Below, in pieces: positions 10,821 through 21,242 of a stretch of DNA of 64,000 nt (position 1 is the stretch's first letter; the number at the start of each line of letters is the position of its first letter). This DNA is from Nitrospirota bacterium (GTDB lineage Bacteria; Nitrospirota; UBA9217): the NCBI GenBank assembly GCA_963845065.1, contig CAWJQQ010000001.1, forward strand, positions 608,001 to 672,000. The letters run 5' to 3'. The notes below the pieces were generated by a model. It did not search any database, was not told where the DNA came from, and was given only the letters and a program-made list of their open reading frames with translations. The position numbers and the translations under genes are program-made.

Positions 10821-10990
10821 TTTGAAGATTAGGAATTTTACGGTTAACGAATTCAGCTTGTAACGTTACGAGTTTATCATGGGCCAGTAAAAGTCTGAAG
10901 CAATAATAAATTAAGCTTCGACTTTCTTCTCGCACGCCGCTTCGACTTGTAAAGACTCATTCAGCGAAGGAGCTGGACCATGTGGTTTCT

Positions 10991-11614
10991 CTAAATCAGT
11001 GTAAACGCAATACGATTCCTATGAAACAATTTCTCTCGAAAACCAACCGTACAAGCGAGCCATAATACAGTACCACGACTCTGAAAATGAGGGTCTAATA
11101 TGATTTCGGTCACCGACAATATCCCACCGGGTTTGAGAGCATTAAATATCTCCTGCATCGCAGCCTCTTGATCTGGAACCTCACCTAATACTGTAACAAG
11201 CAAGGCTCGATCGAATTGACTGTGCTCCAGTTAGCCTTCAACCGCTCCAACATGAAAAAAAAGAACGTTAGTCAGGTTCTCTGCCTGCGCTTTTTTCTGG
11301 GCACGTCGAAGCATCCCCGGTTGGATATCTATCGATACCACTTCGCCTTGTTTGCCGACCGGTCTGGCGACCGGGATCGAAATCCGCCCTGGACCACAGC
11401 CGATATCCAATACTGCCATACCCGGTTGAAGATCCAAATGCTGGATAATAACATCCGATCTGTTGGTTTCAGTGAAAGAATTATCCAATTCAATAAGACA
11501 ACGCAACCACACTGGGCAGGGGAGTGAATTCCGACGGGAAGCGAACCGCCACACGAAAGCAACGAGAATAATGAGACCGACTAGGGTTAAACAGATGTAC
11601 AAGAATGTTATCAT
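10991..11614 (-). pseudogene. Class I SAM-dependent methyltransferase, split
   Basis: VLDIGCGPG in 11231-11614; the C-terminal half (LVTVLGEVPD..LKPGG) lies in a separate ORF after a stop. Confidence 0.8.
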
Positions 11615-12687
11615 GTTTAGTTAAAGCATTTACGAATCACAATTTGGAAAGCTAGCGTATGGCCGAGAGGCAATGCCTCGTTATCGGCCTTCCCTTATGA
11701 TCCGTAAAAATACAATCTAATTTATGACAACTTCAAATTCTCTGATTTGTTATCACGAATTCAAGACTTATTCTGTAAATCCATACAGTTTAGAGAATGT
11801 GCGTAATTCATGAAGGAGCTTGCGACGCATGCTTCAACTGCGATTCAAGTAAGCCGCTCCGCGGCAGAAATGCAAAACTAAAATCCTTCGGCTACACCTG
11901 CCTCGCCTAATGTTCTCTTATTATTTTTCATGCTACCATACCTCTCCTATGCAGTTCAATCTTATTGCACAAGGAGAGTATGGCTATGGAAAACTGGTAC
12001 GAGAAGTCCAAAGAAGCCCTTCAACTGAGCGGTAAGGGCAATACAACGCAAGTAAGTTACACACGCGCAGTCCGATTGCTTATTAAGTATTTCGATAACA
12101 AATCCCCCGATCTCATAACCGAAGAAGAGCTTCAGGAATACTTCCTTCATTGTAGAAATGTCCGAAAGTGGGCGCCGAACACAATGCGTATCTGCTATGC
12201 CGGCATCCGCTTCTTCTTTGAGAACGTCCTTCGCCGTGACTGGCATATTCTGAGCGTCATCCGGGCGCAACGTGAACACCGACTTCCGACTGTGCTCACC
12301 ACCGAAGAAGTGCGCGCTACACTCGCCCACGTCACTTCTCCTGTCAACCACGCCTTTCTCACCACAGTCTATTCCTGCGGCCTTAGGCTCCAGGAAGCGC
12401 TGCACCTCGAAGTCACGGACATCGATAAACAACGTATGATGATCCACATCCACCGGGGGAAAGGTGCAAAGGACCGTTATGTTCCGCTTCCCCATGCGAC
12501 GTATGCGCTTTTGCGGAAGCATTGGACCACTCACAAAAACCCACGCTTACTTTTCCCCTCACGTGGCATATACAAGGATGGCTCGGTCATTCGGACCCCG
12601 GTTGCCGCCGGCACGGTGCAGGCGGCGCTTCGGAACGCAGTACACGCGGCGGGCATCCAGAAACGCGATGTCTCCATCCACACGCTT

Positions 12688-12775
12688 CGTCACTATGTCG
12701 AGTTCCGGACTATGCCGAGTAATATGAAGATATCCCCTGTAAATCATCATTTTTAATCTTTTTACTCGGCATAGT
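12688..12775 (+). repeat. RIT left inverted repeat, 88 bp
   Basis: Reverse complement of 15995-16082 with 2 mismatches; contains three ACTATGYCGAG boxes. Confidence 0.92.
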
Positions 12776-12823
12776 TTATGGTATTTCCTCCCTATATCGC
12801 TATGAAACAAAAAGGAGGATGCC

Positions 12824-14062
12824 ATGGTACATCAGTTCTTTACGTTTATCGGAACACAGGAGCGCATGCATGAAGGACCGTTGGGGTGCTATGTGGATGA
12901 CTTTGCGGTTCTCTTGCATGAGCAGGGTTATTCACGCCAATTTGCAGCTTGTCAGATTCGATGGGTGGCTGACTTCAGCCGCTGGCTTTACAAACAAGGT
13001 TTGTCCGCGGCGGATCTAAGCCAACAAAGCGTCTCTTGCTATCTACGATATCGGAAAAGTCGGATGCGTATCCGCGGAGGTGTTCAATCTACACTGGATC
13101 GATTATTGAACCTGCTGCGCGAAAAAGGAATCAGTAGACAAAAATCCTTCAATATTGTCAAAAACGCTCGTCAGGAGGAAGAAGAGCGATACAAAAATTA
13201 TCTACTCAGCGAGCGCGGACTTTCGCCCCAAACACTTCCTAATTACCTTGGCTTTATTCGACAGTTTCTCCAGGAACGTTTTGGGGAAGGAACCCTCCGA
13301 CTCTCCCACCTGCGTGCTGAAGATATCACCGAGTATGTACAACGTCATGCCCACTCTCTCAGTCCAAGTCGGAATCAACTTCTTACAACGGCTTTACGTT
13401 CCTTCTTGAGGTATCTTCGCCACCAGGGGGACATCGAAGCGGACCTCGCGGCTTGTGTACCAGCCGTGGCAAGCTGGAAACTGTCGAGCCTGCCCAAGTT
13501 CATAGAACCATACCAAGTCCAACGTGTCTTGGATTGTTGTGATCGGCGGACTTTCCAAGGACGGCGCAATTACGCTATCTTGCTTTTGCTTGCCCGACTT
13601 GGTCTTCGAGCTGGCGAAGTAGTGGTCTTAACCTTGGATGATATCCGATGGGAATCCAGCGAACTCATCCTCCATGGTAAGGGGAGACGCATTACCAAAT
13701 TGCCCCTTACCCAAGAAGTGGGCCAAGCCATCGCTGATTATCTGAAAAACGGACGGCCACCATGTTCGACCCGGCGGCTGTTTATCCGCAATCATGCCCC
13801 TCATAGCGGATTTGCCAGTTCTATGGCGATTTCCAGCCTTGTCCAGCGCGCTCTCAAGCAGGCCGGTTTGAACCCACCTCACAAAGGTGCCCACCTATTT
13901 CGTCACAGCTTGGCCACGCATATGCTTCGTCATGGCGCCTCGTTAAGCGAAATTGGCCAGCTCTTGCGTCATCGCCAAATCAACACCACCGCCATCTATG
14001 CCAAAGTCGACCAAATCGCCTTGAAAAGCCTCGCTCGGCCCTGGCCGGGAGGAGCCCTATGA
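12824..14062 (+). CDS. ritA: RIT tyrosine recombinase A
   Basis: GLRAGE, HGKG, HLFRH, LRH, TAIYAK; extended N-terminus. Confidence 0.9.
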   Translation: MVHQFFTFIGTQERMHEGPLGCYVDDFAVLLHEQGYSRQFAACQIRWVADFSRWLYKQGLSAADLSQQSVSCYLRYRKSRMRIRGGVQSTLDRLLNLLREKGISRQKSFNIVKNARQEEEERYKNYLLSERGLSPQTLPNYLGFIRQFLQERFGEGTLRLSHLRAEDITEYVQRHAHSLSPSRNQLLTTALRSFLRYLRHQGDIEADLAACVPAVASWKLSSLPKFIEPYQVQRVLDCCDRRTFQGRRNYAILLLLARLGLRAGEVVVLTLDDIRWESSELILHGKGRRITKLPLTQEVGQAIADYLKNGRPPCSTRRLFIRNHAPHSGFASSMAISSLVQRALKQAGLNPPHKGAHLFRHSLATHMLRHGASLSEIGQLLRHRQINTTAIYAKVDQIALKSLARPWPGGAL

Positions 14063-14988
14063 TCACCATTAGAAAAGCCGTCGAGAACTATTTGGCGATG
14101 CGTCGAGCCTTGGGATTTAAGTTGGTGGATCAAGGCGCTGTTCTGTGCCAATTTGTTGTCTTTCTGGAAAAGGAAAAGGCCCCCTTTATCACCACTGCCT
14201 TGGCTCTACGTTGGGCGACACAGCCCTTCGGTGTCGAACCAGCCTGGTGGGCCAACCGCCTCAGTTTCATTCGTGGCTTCGCACGCTACTGGAGCGCCAC
14301 TGATCCCCGTACCGAAATCCCACCGATGGGGCTTCTGCCTTTCCGCAACAAGCGTGCGGTGCCATACCTCTATACAGATGAGGAAATCAAAAGATTGTTG
14401 GAAGCCGCCAGGTATTTGCCCCCATTCACTGCCCTACGGCGTTGGACCTTTCCCACACTCTTCGGACTTTTGGCAGTGACGGGCATGAGAGTTAGCGAAG
14501 CCATAACTCTCCAACGTGACGATGTTGATTTAAGCGCAGGCCTCTTAACCATACGCCTCACCAAGTTCAATAAATCACGTTTGGTCCCGATACACCCCTC
14601 CACCTGCGAAGCGCTCAGGCAATATGCCCGCCATCGCGATCGCATCTACACGCCGCGAGCCGGATCTCCCTTCTTTATGTCACACAAGGGAACAGCGCTG
14701 ACAGATTGCAACGTCCGCTGGACTTTCGTCAAACTTTCTCGCCAAATCGGCCTACGGAAGCCATCCGATCGCTTCGGGCCTCGATTGCACGATTTTCGCC
14801 ACCGCTTCGCCATTAAGACGCTCATTGATTGGTACCGCTCTGGCGTAGATGTCGAGCGACGCCTCCCAGTACTTTCCACCTTTCTAGGGCATGCTCACGT
14901 CACGGACACCTATTGGTACTTGTCATCTGTCCCTGAGTTATTGGCCTTGACCGTTTCTCGACTTGAAAAAAGATGGGAGGACTTATGA
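14059..14988 (+). CDS. ritB: RIT tyrosine recombinase B
   Basis: TGMRVSEA, TKFNKSR, HDFRH, LGHAHVTDTYWYL; ATGA overlap with gene A. Confidence 0.9.
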   Translation: MITIRKAVENYLAMRRALGFKLVDQGAVLCQFVVFLEKEKAPFITTALALRWATQPFGVEPAWWANRLSFIRGFARYWSATDPRTEIPPMGLLPFRNKRAVPYLYTDEEIKRLLEAARYLPPFTALRRWTFPTLFGLLAVTGMRVSEAITLQRDDVDLSAGLLTIRLTKFNKSRLVPIHPSTCEALRQYARHRDRIYTPRAGSPFFMSHKGTALTDCNVRWTFVKLSRQIGLRKPSDRFGPRLHDFRHRFAIKTLIDWYRSGVDVERRLPVLSTFLGHAHVTDTYWYLSSVPELLALTVSRLEKRWEDL

Positions 14989-15986
14989 AAACAACAACCG
15001 TTCCTTTGGCGGCTTTGCTTCAAAGTTTTTTCACGGATCGACTCCTGGCTCAGCGACAGGCTAGTCCCCATACGATTGCATCGTATCGCGACACATTTCG
15101 TCTGCTCCTGCAGTTTGCATACCTTCGCCTTAAAATTCCACCTTCGCGTTTAACTCTGGAAAAACTGGATGCTCCCTTCATCGGCACTTTCCTCGATCAT
15201 TTAGAGAAAGACCGTAATAACGCTGTGCTAAGCCGCAACCTGCGCCTGACGGCAATCCACTCCTTCTTCCGATACGCCGCCTTTCAAGAACCCGACCGAT
15301 CCGCTCATATCCAACGTGTTTTGGCCATTCCCGCCAAACGACATGACCGCACTCTAGTCGGTTTTCTGACCCGTCCCGAAATCGAGGCGCTTCTTTCCGC
15401 GCCAGATCCCATTACATGGGGAGGACGTCGCGACCATGCCCTCTTGACTCTGGCCATCCAGAGCGGCCTGCGTCTATCCGAGCTCATTCATCTCCGTTAT
15501 GAGAATATCATGTTAGGCGCAGGAGCTCACGTACGCTGCCACGGCAAGGGGCGTAAGGAGCGCTGTACGCCATTGACCAAACAAATGGCAGCAGTGCTGC
15601 AAGCCTGGATGAAAACGCAAGAAGTATCCGCTAATGACATTCTCTTCCCCAACGCCCGCGGTGGTCCTCTGAGTCCGGATGGCGTTCGGTACTTACTGAC
15701 GCAACATGTCCGAACCGCTGAGCAAACTTGTCCATCCCTAAAAACGAAACAAGTGACCCCTCATGTCCTGCGTCACACCTGTGCCATGGAATTGCTCCAA
15801 GCCGGAATCGATCTTTCGGTAATAGCTCTCTGGTTGGGCCACGAATCCATCGAAACTACACAGATCTACTTGGAAGCTAATATGGCAATCAAAGAGAAAG
15901 TTCTCGCACAGATCACACCGCTAAATGTGAAAGCGGCTCGCTACCGACCAGAAGATAAGCTCCTACATTTCCTTCAAGCTCTTTAG
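14985..15986 (+). CDS. ritC: RIT tyrosine recombinase C
   Basis: GLRLSE, GKGRKER, HVLRH, LGHESIETTQIY; ATGA overlap with gene B. Confidence 0.9.
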   Translation: MKTTTVPLAALLQSFFTDRLLAQRQASPHTIASYRDTFRLLLQFAYLRLKIPPSRLTLEKLDAPFIGTFLDHLEKDRNNAVLSRNLRLTAIHSFFRYAAFQEPDRSAHIQRVLAIPAKRHDRTLVGFLTRPEIEALLSAPDPITWGGRRDHALLTLAIQSGLRLSELIHLRYENIMLGAGAHVRCHGKGRKERCTPLTKQMAAVLQAWMKTQEVSANDILFPNARGGPLSPDGVRYLLTQHVRTAEQTCPSLKTKQVTPHVLRHTCAMELLQAGIDLSVIALWLGHESIETTQIYLEANMAIKEKVLAQITPLNVKAARYRPEDKLLHFLQAL

Positions 15987-15994
15987 TCTACCGG

Positions 15995-16110
15995 ACTATG
16001 CCGAGTAAAAAGATTAAAAATGATGATTTACAGGGGATATCTTCATGTTACTCGGCATAGTCCGGAACTCGACATAGTGGCGACTATGCCGAGATCGGCA
16101 TAGTCGCCAC
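15995..16110 (-). repeat. RIT right inverted repeat plus 34-bp palindrome (16077-16110)
   Basis: GTGGCGACTATGCCGA-GA-TCGGCATAGTCGCCAC. Confidence 0.92.
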
Positions 16111-16274
16111 GCCTACGCAACGCACTTGCTTGAAGCTGGCGTGAATCTCCGCGTTATCCAGCGGTATATGGGCCACTCCAGCCTTGAGTCCACGATGATC
16201 TATCTCCATCTGACGACCAAGGGTCAGGATGACGCCTTCAAACTCATCGACCAGATCATGGTGGGGTTGTAATC

Positions 16275-17369
16275 ATGGATACGGTCAATGACATCTTCCG
16301 CACCTATGCCCCGGAGTACCTGTCGCGGTTTGGTGACGCTATCCCTGGGGAACATCGTAAGGCGATAGATCGCGATTATTAACTGCCGCACCCCAGCCTC
16401 TGGGACGACCTTCTTCCAGTGCGAAACGTGCGGGGAGCGCCACGCGATTCACCTCTCCTGCGGCAATCGCCACTGCCCTACCTGTCAGCACCACAAGACA
16501 GGCAGTGGCTCGAAAAACAGCTTGATCGACGTATGCCGGGACATCACTTCATGATCACGTTCACGGTGCCCGAGCAGATTCGCCGGTTCATCAGGAGCAA
16601 TCAACGGGCAGCTTACGCTGCCTTGTTTTCCGCTTCTTCCGAAGCTATGAAAAAGCTCGTTCTCGATCCCAAATTCATGGGCGGTGATCTGCCGGGCTTC
16701 TTCGGGGTCCTGCATACCTGGGGCAGAACCTTAGAGTATCACCCCCATGTCCACTACATCGTCGTCGGTGGGGCGCTCTCATCCGAAAATAAAACATGGA
16801 AACCATCGGGGATCAGGTTTTACGTGCCGGTCGAAGCCGTGTCTCCCATCTTCCGGGCAAAGTTTAAAGACGAGATGAAGAGAACGGGTCTTTTTGATCA
16901 AATCCCCGAAGAGGTATGGCGGATCGACTGGAACGTGAACTCCAAGGCCGTGGGTGACAGCGAAGGGAGTCTCAAGTACCTTGCGCCGTATGTCTTTCGG
17001 GTTGCTTTGTCCAACAGCAGGATCGTGAAAGTCGAGTATCGCCAAGTCTTCATTCGTTACAAAAAGACTGGGAGCAATCGCTGGAGGATGCTGGTCCTGG
17101 ACGTGATGGAGTTTATGCGCCGTTTCCTCCAGCACGTGCTGCCGACGGGGTTCATGAAGGTGCGGTATTACGGCTTTCTGAACGCCGCATGCAAGGTCCC
17201 GCTTGAAAACATCAGGACGCTGATTGAACTAGCTTACGGATTCGAGGTAACTATGTCCGAGATAAAACAGATGCCACCATTGCCCCGGCCAACATGTAGG
17301 AGCTGCGGCGGATCGCTCAAAGTCCTTTATATCTCTCTGCCGTATCAGCACTTGGCACGCGCCGGGTAG
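16275..17369 (+). pseudogene. IS91-type Y2 transposase, frameshifted
   Basis: Relative to copy D there is +1 near 16371 (giving TAA) and -1 near 16499. HPHVHY and YLAPY are retained. Confidence 0.88.
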
Positions 17370-17641
17370 CATTCTACGACTCTGCTTCAACACGTGTCTT
17401 TCGTGTGTAGTCCCGCAGGCATCAACTGCGTGGTCAACGCTCTCGTTCGGCCGTTTTCGTGGATAAGGTGTTCACTCCTGAATACGCGAATCAGAAGAAA
17501 CACGCTGGCATCACGATACTTAGATTAAGATAGTCTGTAGAACCTCATAATATATCACTTCATGCTTTCACCGAAAACCACTCATCGAAGCATTACCCTA
17601 TATATAGAGAACATCGGCCATCATCCTGCCGCTCCGGGCTT

Positions 17642-17699
17642 CTTGAATAATGGATTGAGTACGACGTGAAGATGTCGTCTCAATCCTTATTGATTCTAC
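17642..17699 (+). other. attC-like terminal hairpin of copy A
   Basis: CTTGAAT-aatGGATTGAG-t-ACGAC-gtgaagat-GTCGT-CTCAATCC-ttattg-ATT; conserved in all four copies. Confidence 0.7.
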
Positions 17700-17790
17700 A
17701 CATCTTCTAATATTATGTATATCTCATCACCACCTATGAGCTTGGAACGGCGCTTGATAAAAAAGGCCAAGGAATACAACTTTATATCTG

Positions 17791-17855
17791 CATCAAGGCT
17801 TGAATTAACGGGTGTTGCGATTTATTCGCTGTCACGGTCGGATCATTTATTAGGC
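17791..17855 (-). other. Degenerate attC-like site overlapping the DJ-1 stop
   Basis: Minus strand GCCTAAT-aaatgatccgacc...gcgaataaatcgc...cgttaattcaagc-CTTGATG resembles GCCTAAC...TTAATTCAAGC-GTT attC architecture. Confidence 0.55.
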
Positions 17856-18481
17856 AAGAATTCAATTTTACGGGCATTATTTTCAGGATATGGGTATTCC
17901 ATATGTTTGGCTGTGGCTCGCGCGATGTCCTCGCCCCAATAGCGAGCGACAACCTTGAGTGCCATGTCAATGCCGGCAGAAATGCCCGCAGAGGTAAGCA
18001 CGCGGCCGTCCTCGACGAAGTGCTTATCATACTCAACCGTTACCGATGGAAACGACTCATGCATCCAATCAAGCGAGCGCCAATGAGTGGTAGCGTGGAG
18101 TCCATTGAGCAACCCGGCGTATCCCAACAGCATCGATCCCGTGCAAACAGAGGTCAGCGTTTCAACTTCCGCAGCACGAGTACGCAACCAGTTAAGCATG
18201 AGCGGGTTGTTCAGTTCTTTGCGCGTGCCCCAACCACCAGGGACAACAAGAATATCAAACTGGGGACAGTTCTCAAAGGTGTGGTGCGGAATAACTTTCA
18301 TGCCTCCCATCGTAATGACCGGTTCGTTTCTCTCTGTGACTAACAGCACTTCAAATGGCGATGGCTCTTCGCGCCTCCTTTCCTCATTGAGGCGAGTTGC
18401 AGAAAAAACCTCAAACGGACCGCAAAAATCGAGGACGTCGATGTTGTCAAAAAGGACGATGCCGACACGTTTCCTCTGCAT
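17843..18481 (-). CDS. DJ-1/PfpI family protein
   Basis: LDFCGPFEVF, LVVPGG, SVCTGS, TSAGISAGIDMAL. Confidence 0.9.
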   Translation of the reverse strand: MQRKRVGIVLFDNIDVLDFCGPFEVFSATRLNEERRREEPSPFEVLLVTERNEPVITMGGMKVIPHHTFENCPQFDILVVPGGWGTRKELNNPLMLNWLRTRAAEVETLTSVCTGSMLLGYAGLLNGLHATTHWRSLDWMHESFPSVTVEYDKHFVEDGRVLTSAGISAGIDMALKVVARYWGEDIARATAKHMEYPYPENNARKIEFLPNK

Positions 18482-18501
18482 TTTTTTACCTTTCATTGAG
18501 T

Positions 18502-18573
18502 TTAGCACGGAGCTAATTTGCGAGCTACGTGGCGCGAAGCGCTGCCGTAGTTAGATTAAACAATGGGTTATTT
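18502..18573 (-). other. Degenerate attC-like site just upstream of DJ-1
   Basis: Minus strand AAATAAC-ccattgtttaatct-aaCTACGgcaGCGCttcGCGCcaCGTAG-ctcgcaaattagctcc-GTGCTAA: nested stem with GCTTCGC apex. Confidence 0.55.
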
Positions 18574-18794
18574 GTCCTCCGTTTTCGCTGCGTTTCGAGG
18601 TGGTCATTCAAACGATACAACATATCAGTCATGTCATTGTAGAAATGATGAAAGGTCAATAGCGCACTACTAAGTGCACTCAACCCGCTTGCAAATGCTG
18701 ACGTGTGCTGATAGTAGGTTCTTGATGAACATGCTGATCATGCATTCGGTAACCCTTTATAGGGAGGACTTGATTTTCAGCAGGTAAATTGCTA

Positions 18795-19349
18795 CTAAGG
18801 TATTTGGATAAGCTTTAATGCCACGCCGATAAGTGCGGCCTGTTCTTTGCTCATTTCGCCCAAGCTATCACGTCGTTCTGTCATGCGTCGGAAACGAGTG
18901 AAGTCTGTCGGCAAACCTTCTGTATCCACAAGATAAGCAATTTTTTGGATGATAACTCTGATGTCTTCTGGATGTTTTATCCGGCCTTTTATCTTGGGGA
19001 AATATTTTACCTTCATCCGACCTCTGGCGCTATCGAATTCGACATCTGTCACTCGGTGCATTGCGAGAATAATATAATCACCAAGCGAATGCCAAAAGAT
19101 TTCGTCATGATCTTTCCAAGACGGAAGGTAAAAGCGCAATAAGGCAGGCTGTTTTTTTCCGTTTGGCATTATGCTCTTATAAAGAACGACTGGAAAATTA
19201 TCTACCTCTTTATTATCGATCTTTTCAAGCTTTTCAAACAAATTGACTCTTTGCTGCTTACGAAAAAGTTTATCGATCTGATCTAAAACGCTGCCCTGTC
19301 CAAGACCATCCTGGACTTTCTCGATTACCGTTGTTAATGTGTTTACCAT
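18795..19349 (-). CDS. Hypothetical protein
   Basis: Open frame of about 184 codons with AGGAG RBS before ATG at 19349; no recognised motif. Confidence 0.6.
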   Translation of the reverse strand: MVNTLTTVIEKVQDGLGQGSVLDQIDKLFRKQQRVNLFEKLEKIDNKEVDNFPVVLYKSIMPNGKKQPALLRFYLPSWKDHDEIFWHSLGDYIILAMHRVTDVEFDSARGRMKVKYFPKIKGRIKHPEDIRVIIQKIAYLVDTEGLPTDFTRFRRMTERRDSLGEMSKEQAALIGVALKLIQIP

Positions 19350-19799
19350 TGTTAAACTCCTTAATATTATTATTAAATGTGAAATAAGCTGCAAAGTTGT
19401 CAGATGGAGAGCTTTGTTAGTACGGCTTGAGACTTCCCTCCATGCAGCCTTTGCGCCATAAATAATTCATTTGACCGCAAGCTTTAACTTTCGTTGCAGC
19501 TATCTCAATTGCTACTTTCTAGTTCCAAGAAGCCACTGGAAGGCCTTTCTTACTATTTTATCATAAGCGAATGTAATAGTAGTGCAGCAGTCATTAAATC
19601 CCTATCTGGAAGTCACTTGGAATTGTGACAATATATTTTCAATTTGATTGTCGGTTTCAGGAAGATATAACTACTGAGGTTTCAACTTATAAATTAATGT
19701 GTTTCAAAGGATGATACTATAAACATGTCCAGGAAGAAGTCAAACCGATAAACATGCGTAAATCAATTTGCCCCCAGAATAAATATAAGCCACACAAGT

Positions 19800-20170
19800 T
19801 GACTCTATTGTTTACAAATCATCTGTATCCCCCATTAGCCCGATTATGCATACCAGGTAGCCCACCTCCAGGGAAGAGCCATTGTCCGCACACATATGAA
19901 AATTCTTGAGCCCGGGTAATGTCATATTAAGGTTCTTTGTGTTTTTATTTCGTTGGCATTATGCCTTTGTAAGCACCTTTCCAGATTCCGGAATGGCGTA
20001 CATCTGTTTTGGGTGTGGCAATGTCGAACAACTCAATGTGCGCTTTTATTCCATGCAGATGTTTTCCCATAACTGTAAAATAATCTTACACAATTTGCTT
20101 ATTTTTACGTCCAACACGCTTCTCCTTCCAAAGCCCTCCAAAGTTCCCGCGAACTTTCATAGGCAAAATG
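19800..20170 (-). pseudogene. Decayed paralog of the 3' end of the phytoene desaturase-family gene
   Basis: Aligns to about 7495-7870, e.g. CCTCCAGGGAAGAGCCATTGTCCGCACA is identical in both. Confidence 0.85.
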
Positions 20171-20221
20171 CCGAGATGAATTCTGATCCCCGGTTTTTAT
20201 TCATCTATGGTTGGGTTGAAA

Positions 20222-21242
20222 TTCCAAGTTCATGGGTGGTAATCTACCGGGCTTCTTTGGGGTTCCGCATACCTGGGGTAGGACACTGGAATATCATCCG
20301 CATATCCACCATATCATCGTGTGCAGAGCAATCTCGTCCGATGAATAGACCAGGAAACCGTCAGGGATCAAGCTCTATGTGCCGGTAGAAGCGTTGTTTC
20401 CTATCTTCCGGTCGAAGTTCAAGGATGAAATGAAAAAGGCCGATCTTTTTGATAAAATCTCCGACGAAGTATGGCGAATTGACTGGAACGTAAACTCCCA
20501 GGCTGTGGGTGACAGCGAAGGGAGTCTCATGTACCTTGCGCCGTATGTCTTTCAAACGGCCTTGTCCAACAGCCGGATCGTGAAAGTTGAGAATCGCCAA
20601 GTCTTTATTCGTTTCAAAAAGACCAGGGACAATCGCTGGAGGATACTGATCCTGGACGTGATGGAGTTTATGCGTCGTTTCCTCCAGCATGTGCTGCCGA
20701 CGGGGTTCGTGAAGGTACGTTATTACGGCTTCCTGAACGCCACCTGCAAGGTTCCGCTTGAGAACATCAGGGCGCTGATTGAACTGGCTTATGGATTCGA
20801 GGTGGCAATGTCCGAAATCGAACAGATACCGCCATTGCCCCGTCCGACATGTAGGACGGCGGATCGCTCAACGTGCTTTATATCTCTTTGCCGTATGAGC
20901 ACTTGGCACACGCCGGATAACATTCGACGACTCTGTTTCATCACGTGTTGCTCATGCGGTCCCGTAGGCATCGTCTGTGCGGTCAATACTCCCGTTTGGC
21001 TGTGCGCCGTATAAGGTGTGCATTTCTGAATGTGTGTATAAAGGGAATCACGCTGGTTTGATGATAATCAGAATGAAACAGTCTGTCTTACCCCAGAATC
21101 TACTCATTCAGGCTTTCACCGAAAACCACCCATCGAAGTATTACCCTATATATAGAGATCATCGGTCATCATCCTGCCGCTCCGGGCTTCTTGATTATGG
21201 ATTGAGAACGACATAAAGATGTCGTCTCAATCCTTGTTGATT
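20222..21242 (+). mobile_element. Integrase + IS91-type element, copy B (left half missing)
   Basis: 3' part of a frameshifted Y2 transposase plus the full right end with hairpin. Confidence 0.88.

Larger units (their letters stand above)
12694..16104 (+). mobile_element. RIT (recombinase-in-trio) element
   Basis: Three overlapping tyrosine recombinase genes, terminal inverted repeats, flanking direct repeat CGTCAC (12688-12693) / CGCCAC (16105-16110). Confidence 0.92.
11980..16272 (+). pseudogene. Tyrosine recombinase split by RIT (11980-12693 + 16111-16272)
   Basis: N part ends ...SIHTLRH. C part resumes AYATHLLEAGVNLRVIQRYMGHSSLESTMIY...IMVGL*, colinear with 60697-61572. Confidence 0.92.
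11843..17695 (+). mobile_element. Integrase + IS91-type element, copy A (interrupted by RIT)
   Basis: Same ends and genes as intact copy D. Length minus the RIT insert is about 2433 bp versus 2431 bp for D. Confidence 0.9.

Noticed and set aside
11965..12756. 263-aa integrase as a functional fusion protein
   Set aside because: It reads into the RIT IR and lacks the catalytic His and Tyr.
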